64,000 nucleotides of DNA from Phaeosaccion multiseriatum (lineage: Eukaryota > Protista > Ochrophyta, other classes). The position numbers and the translations under genes are program-made. The notes beneath the pieces were generated by a model. It was not told where the DNA came from. It saw only the letters and a list, made by a program, of their open reading frames with translations, and made no database searches. Positions 61,752-64,000 of the stretch are shown here, one piece after another (within the stretch, counting starts at the first letter, position 1; every line of letters begins with the position of its first letter). The stretch lies in the NCBI GenBank assembly GCA_965112735.1, contig OZ218950.1, positions 6,510,001 to 6,574,000 of the forward strand, written 5' to 3'.

Positions 61752-63336
61752 TATCGGTGCAGTGCGGCGCTTCTCGGATCACTCTCGGGCCTTTAGTGCG
61801 GGGGCCTTTGCCTACGTGCTGCGGCGCAAAGGGGCTCTGCGTCTCGTTGGGGCCGCGCGGGAGAAGGGCATCATGCAACCCGTTGACGTGAGTACAGACA
61901 GAGGGCAAGCGAGGCATGGTACATAGTGTACAGAGATGGCAGTGGATGGGATGGGATGGGATGGGATGGGATGGCAGTGGATGGGATGGGATGGGATGGG
62001 ATGGCAGTGAATGGGACGGGTTGGGATGGGGTGGGATGGGATGACAGTGGATGAGATGGAATGGCAGTGGATGGGATGGGATTGCCTCCTCGCTGAGCTG
62101 AGAGTGAAGAAAGTGTCCAGCAACATGTCAAGCAGCACCCCACCACACACTCGCGTAGCCCCTGCCCACCCTTCTTCCACACAAACGAGAGACATGCTCG
62201 GTCCTTTCCTCTCTCTCTCGCTGTGCGCATGTGTGTGTGCATTGAATTGATGTCCTCCCAGTGTATTGACATCTTCTGGCCCTCCCTCCCTCCCCTCCCC
62301 TCCCTCCCCTCCCATCCCCTCCCATCCCCTCCCCTCCCTCCTTGAGCCGCAGTGGTTCATGTTCGACCAGTTCAGTGACATGGTGAGCTACAAGGCCGTC
62401 CCTGCCCTCGCGGCCTCTCCACAGGGGGGCGGACGGGACAGCGACAACGACGCTGACTTCCCCCCCGAGCGTCTACTGCTGCAGCAGCAGCAGCAGCAGG
62501 GCTGTATGCTCGCTGTGGAGTCTCCCCCCTCTGGGGCGCGTGTCACGGAGGGAGAGCCGATTCCGCTCAGCTTCGGCGTATCCGTGAATGGGTCGGCAAA
62601 CGTGTTTGCGGAGCACCACAGGCTGAGCAGAGTGTGCGTTTTCTACACCCTGGGCCACCGCGACCCTCCCCCGCAACAGCAGCGACGACAGCAGCAGGAG
62701 CAGCCACCGGGAGCAGGGGCCACGGGCGGAGCAGTTTCGGTGGCAGGGGGAGAGGTTCCAGGGGCGTGTTTCGGGTTTCAGGAGAAAGATGCGGCGTTTC
62801 TGCCCGCTACCCTAAGCGTCGGCTCCTACTACGCCAGAGTAGAGCTACAGACAGTGGAGGGGAAGGTCGCAGCAAGCAGCGAGCTCAGCGCCTTCCATGT
62901 GGTGCCTAGGCAAGGGCAGCAAGCACAGGGAGAGAGCGAGCAGATAGTAGGAGAGCAGCAGGAGGGGGCAAGTGTGTTCAGCCAAGCTGTGGAGGTGGGT
63001 GGTGCCGTTTTGGAGTTTTCTTACCCGTGCCATGAGGAGGAGACGCGTCGGGCCCAAGCGCTTGCAATGGCCGCCGCGTGGGGAGACGGATCGGGTAGTG
63101 GTGGTGGTGGTGGTGACGGTGGTGGGGATGGAAGCGGAACTCTCTCTGCTCGCCGTGGCGGCGATGAGCAGGGTGCAGTAGCAAGGAGTGGGCAGGAGAG
63201 TCTACTGGAGGCCCCTCTGCTGTATGACCTGGTGAAGGGCTTTTGTCAGGAGGCGCAAGCAGACCCCGTGATCGTATGCATGGACCAACTAGCCACGCGG
63301 GCAATTGCGCACTGTGAAGAAGGAGCGGCGGCGTGA
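59112..63336 (+). CDS. Secretory-pathway multidomain glycosyltransferase family 25 protein; 4 exons
   Basis: N-terminal signal/anchor. Motifs VINLERRPDR, AAVDGRAL, GVALSHHGLW, IFEDDV, WDIVWLG, AFAYVLRRKGA, PVD|WF. Upstream methyltransferase-like segment (LAPGGKLMVGLP) and downstream beta-rich domain. Confidence 0.87.
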
Positions 63337-64000
63337 AGATTGAAACATTTGTGGGATCGACTAACCATGTGGTGGTGCTGCTGGTTCTGGTGCTGGTGCT
63401 GGAGCTGGGCCGGAGAAGAAGCCGCAAATGACTGCCAAAGGGCGAGGGGGGAGGCGGGAGTCAGCAAGGGCGTAGGACAGCGGAGCCAACCGCTGACGTG
63501 CTACAGACATTTTCTTCGGTAGCATGCTACCAGGCCCTGCGAGCCCGGGTGCATGCCACTGACCGCCGGTGGTAGCGAGAAGCAGGTAGCACGCGAGGGG
63601 TCGAGCGTCTCTCTCTCACCCCACCAGGAGAGCACCGGAGCACCGGGCACACGGCCTCACCTGAGCCAGACACGGGCCTTGAGGGCTACTCTGACTCGCG
63701 CTCTCGCCTGCCTTGCGCCGGCCGAGGGTGGCTTGCTGCCATGGTGCTGGTGCAGGCTCCATCATTTCAGTTTCAATTTCAGTTTAGCTCCAGTGCCCTT
63801 GGCACCAACTTCATCGTAGGGGGCTCTATGCACCTTAGTCTCCAGACAGGAAGACAGGCGGAGTATGAGGGGAAAGTTTTGGAGTGATTGAGTTAAGGGG
63901 TGGCCGGGTCGGTCGGCTCAGGGATGGAGAGAAGAGAGAAGGGGAAGGAGTCAAGGGAGATTTCATTGACTTAAAACTCCTCCTTTTTTTCTTTTTTCTT

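Overview
Eukaryotic nuclear DNA, gene-dense and intron-rich, with microsatellite-filled introns (GGA, CCCT, CA, GACT, GACA). It is most likely from an ochrophyte (stramenopile) alga, given a LIP-type aquaporin with an NPM motif and bipartite signal+transit presequences (SEA|F, ALA|W). About 16 protein genes were assembled by hand across GT/GC-AG introns: LIP aquaporin, WTAP/FIP37-like protein, two tandem intronless paralogues of unknown function, a divergent kinesin-9, a SPRY/CUB-like/ankyrin protein, a conserved membrane protein, a RING-H2 E3 ligase, a TPR-methyltransferase, a giant coiled-coil protein, a NOL7/Bud21-like protein, a plastid-type histidine phosphatase, a chromate transporter, a TKL kinase, an organellar ProRS with WHEP domain and a GT25 glycosyltransferase. 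Three signals stand out. (1) A dispersed 18-nt DNA word, CAGTTGGTGATACAGCAG, occurs about 20 times on both strands, in several reading frames of unrelated genes and in introns. (2) A 3.8-kb island at 4049-7852 holds two intronless paralogues bracketed by a piggyBac-like foldback MITE and a second MITE with a 6-bp TSD. (3) The kinesin has lost both residues of the switch I/II salt bridge. Gene models are manual and were not validated with RNA data or database searches.
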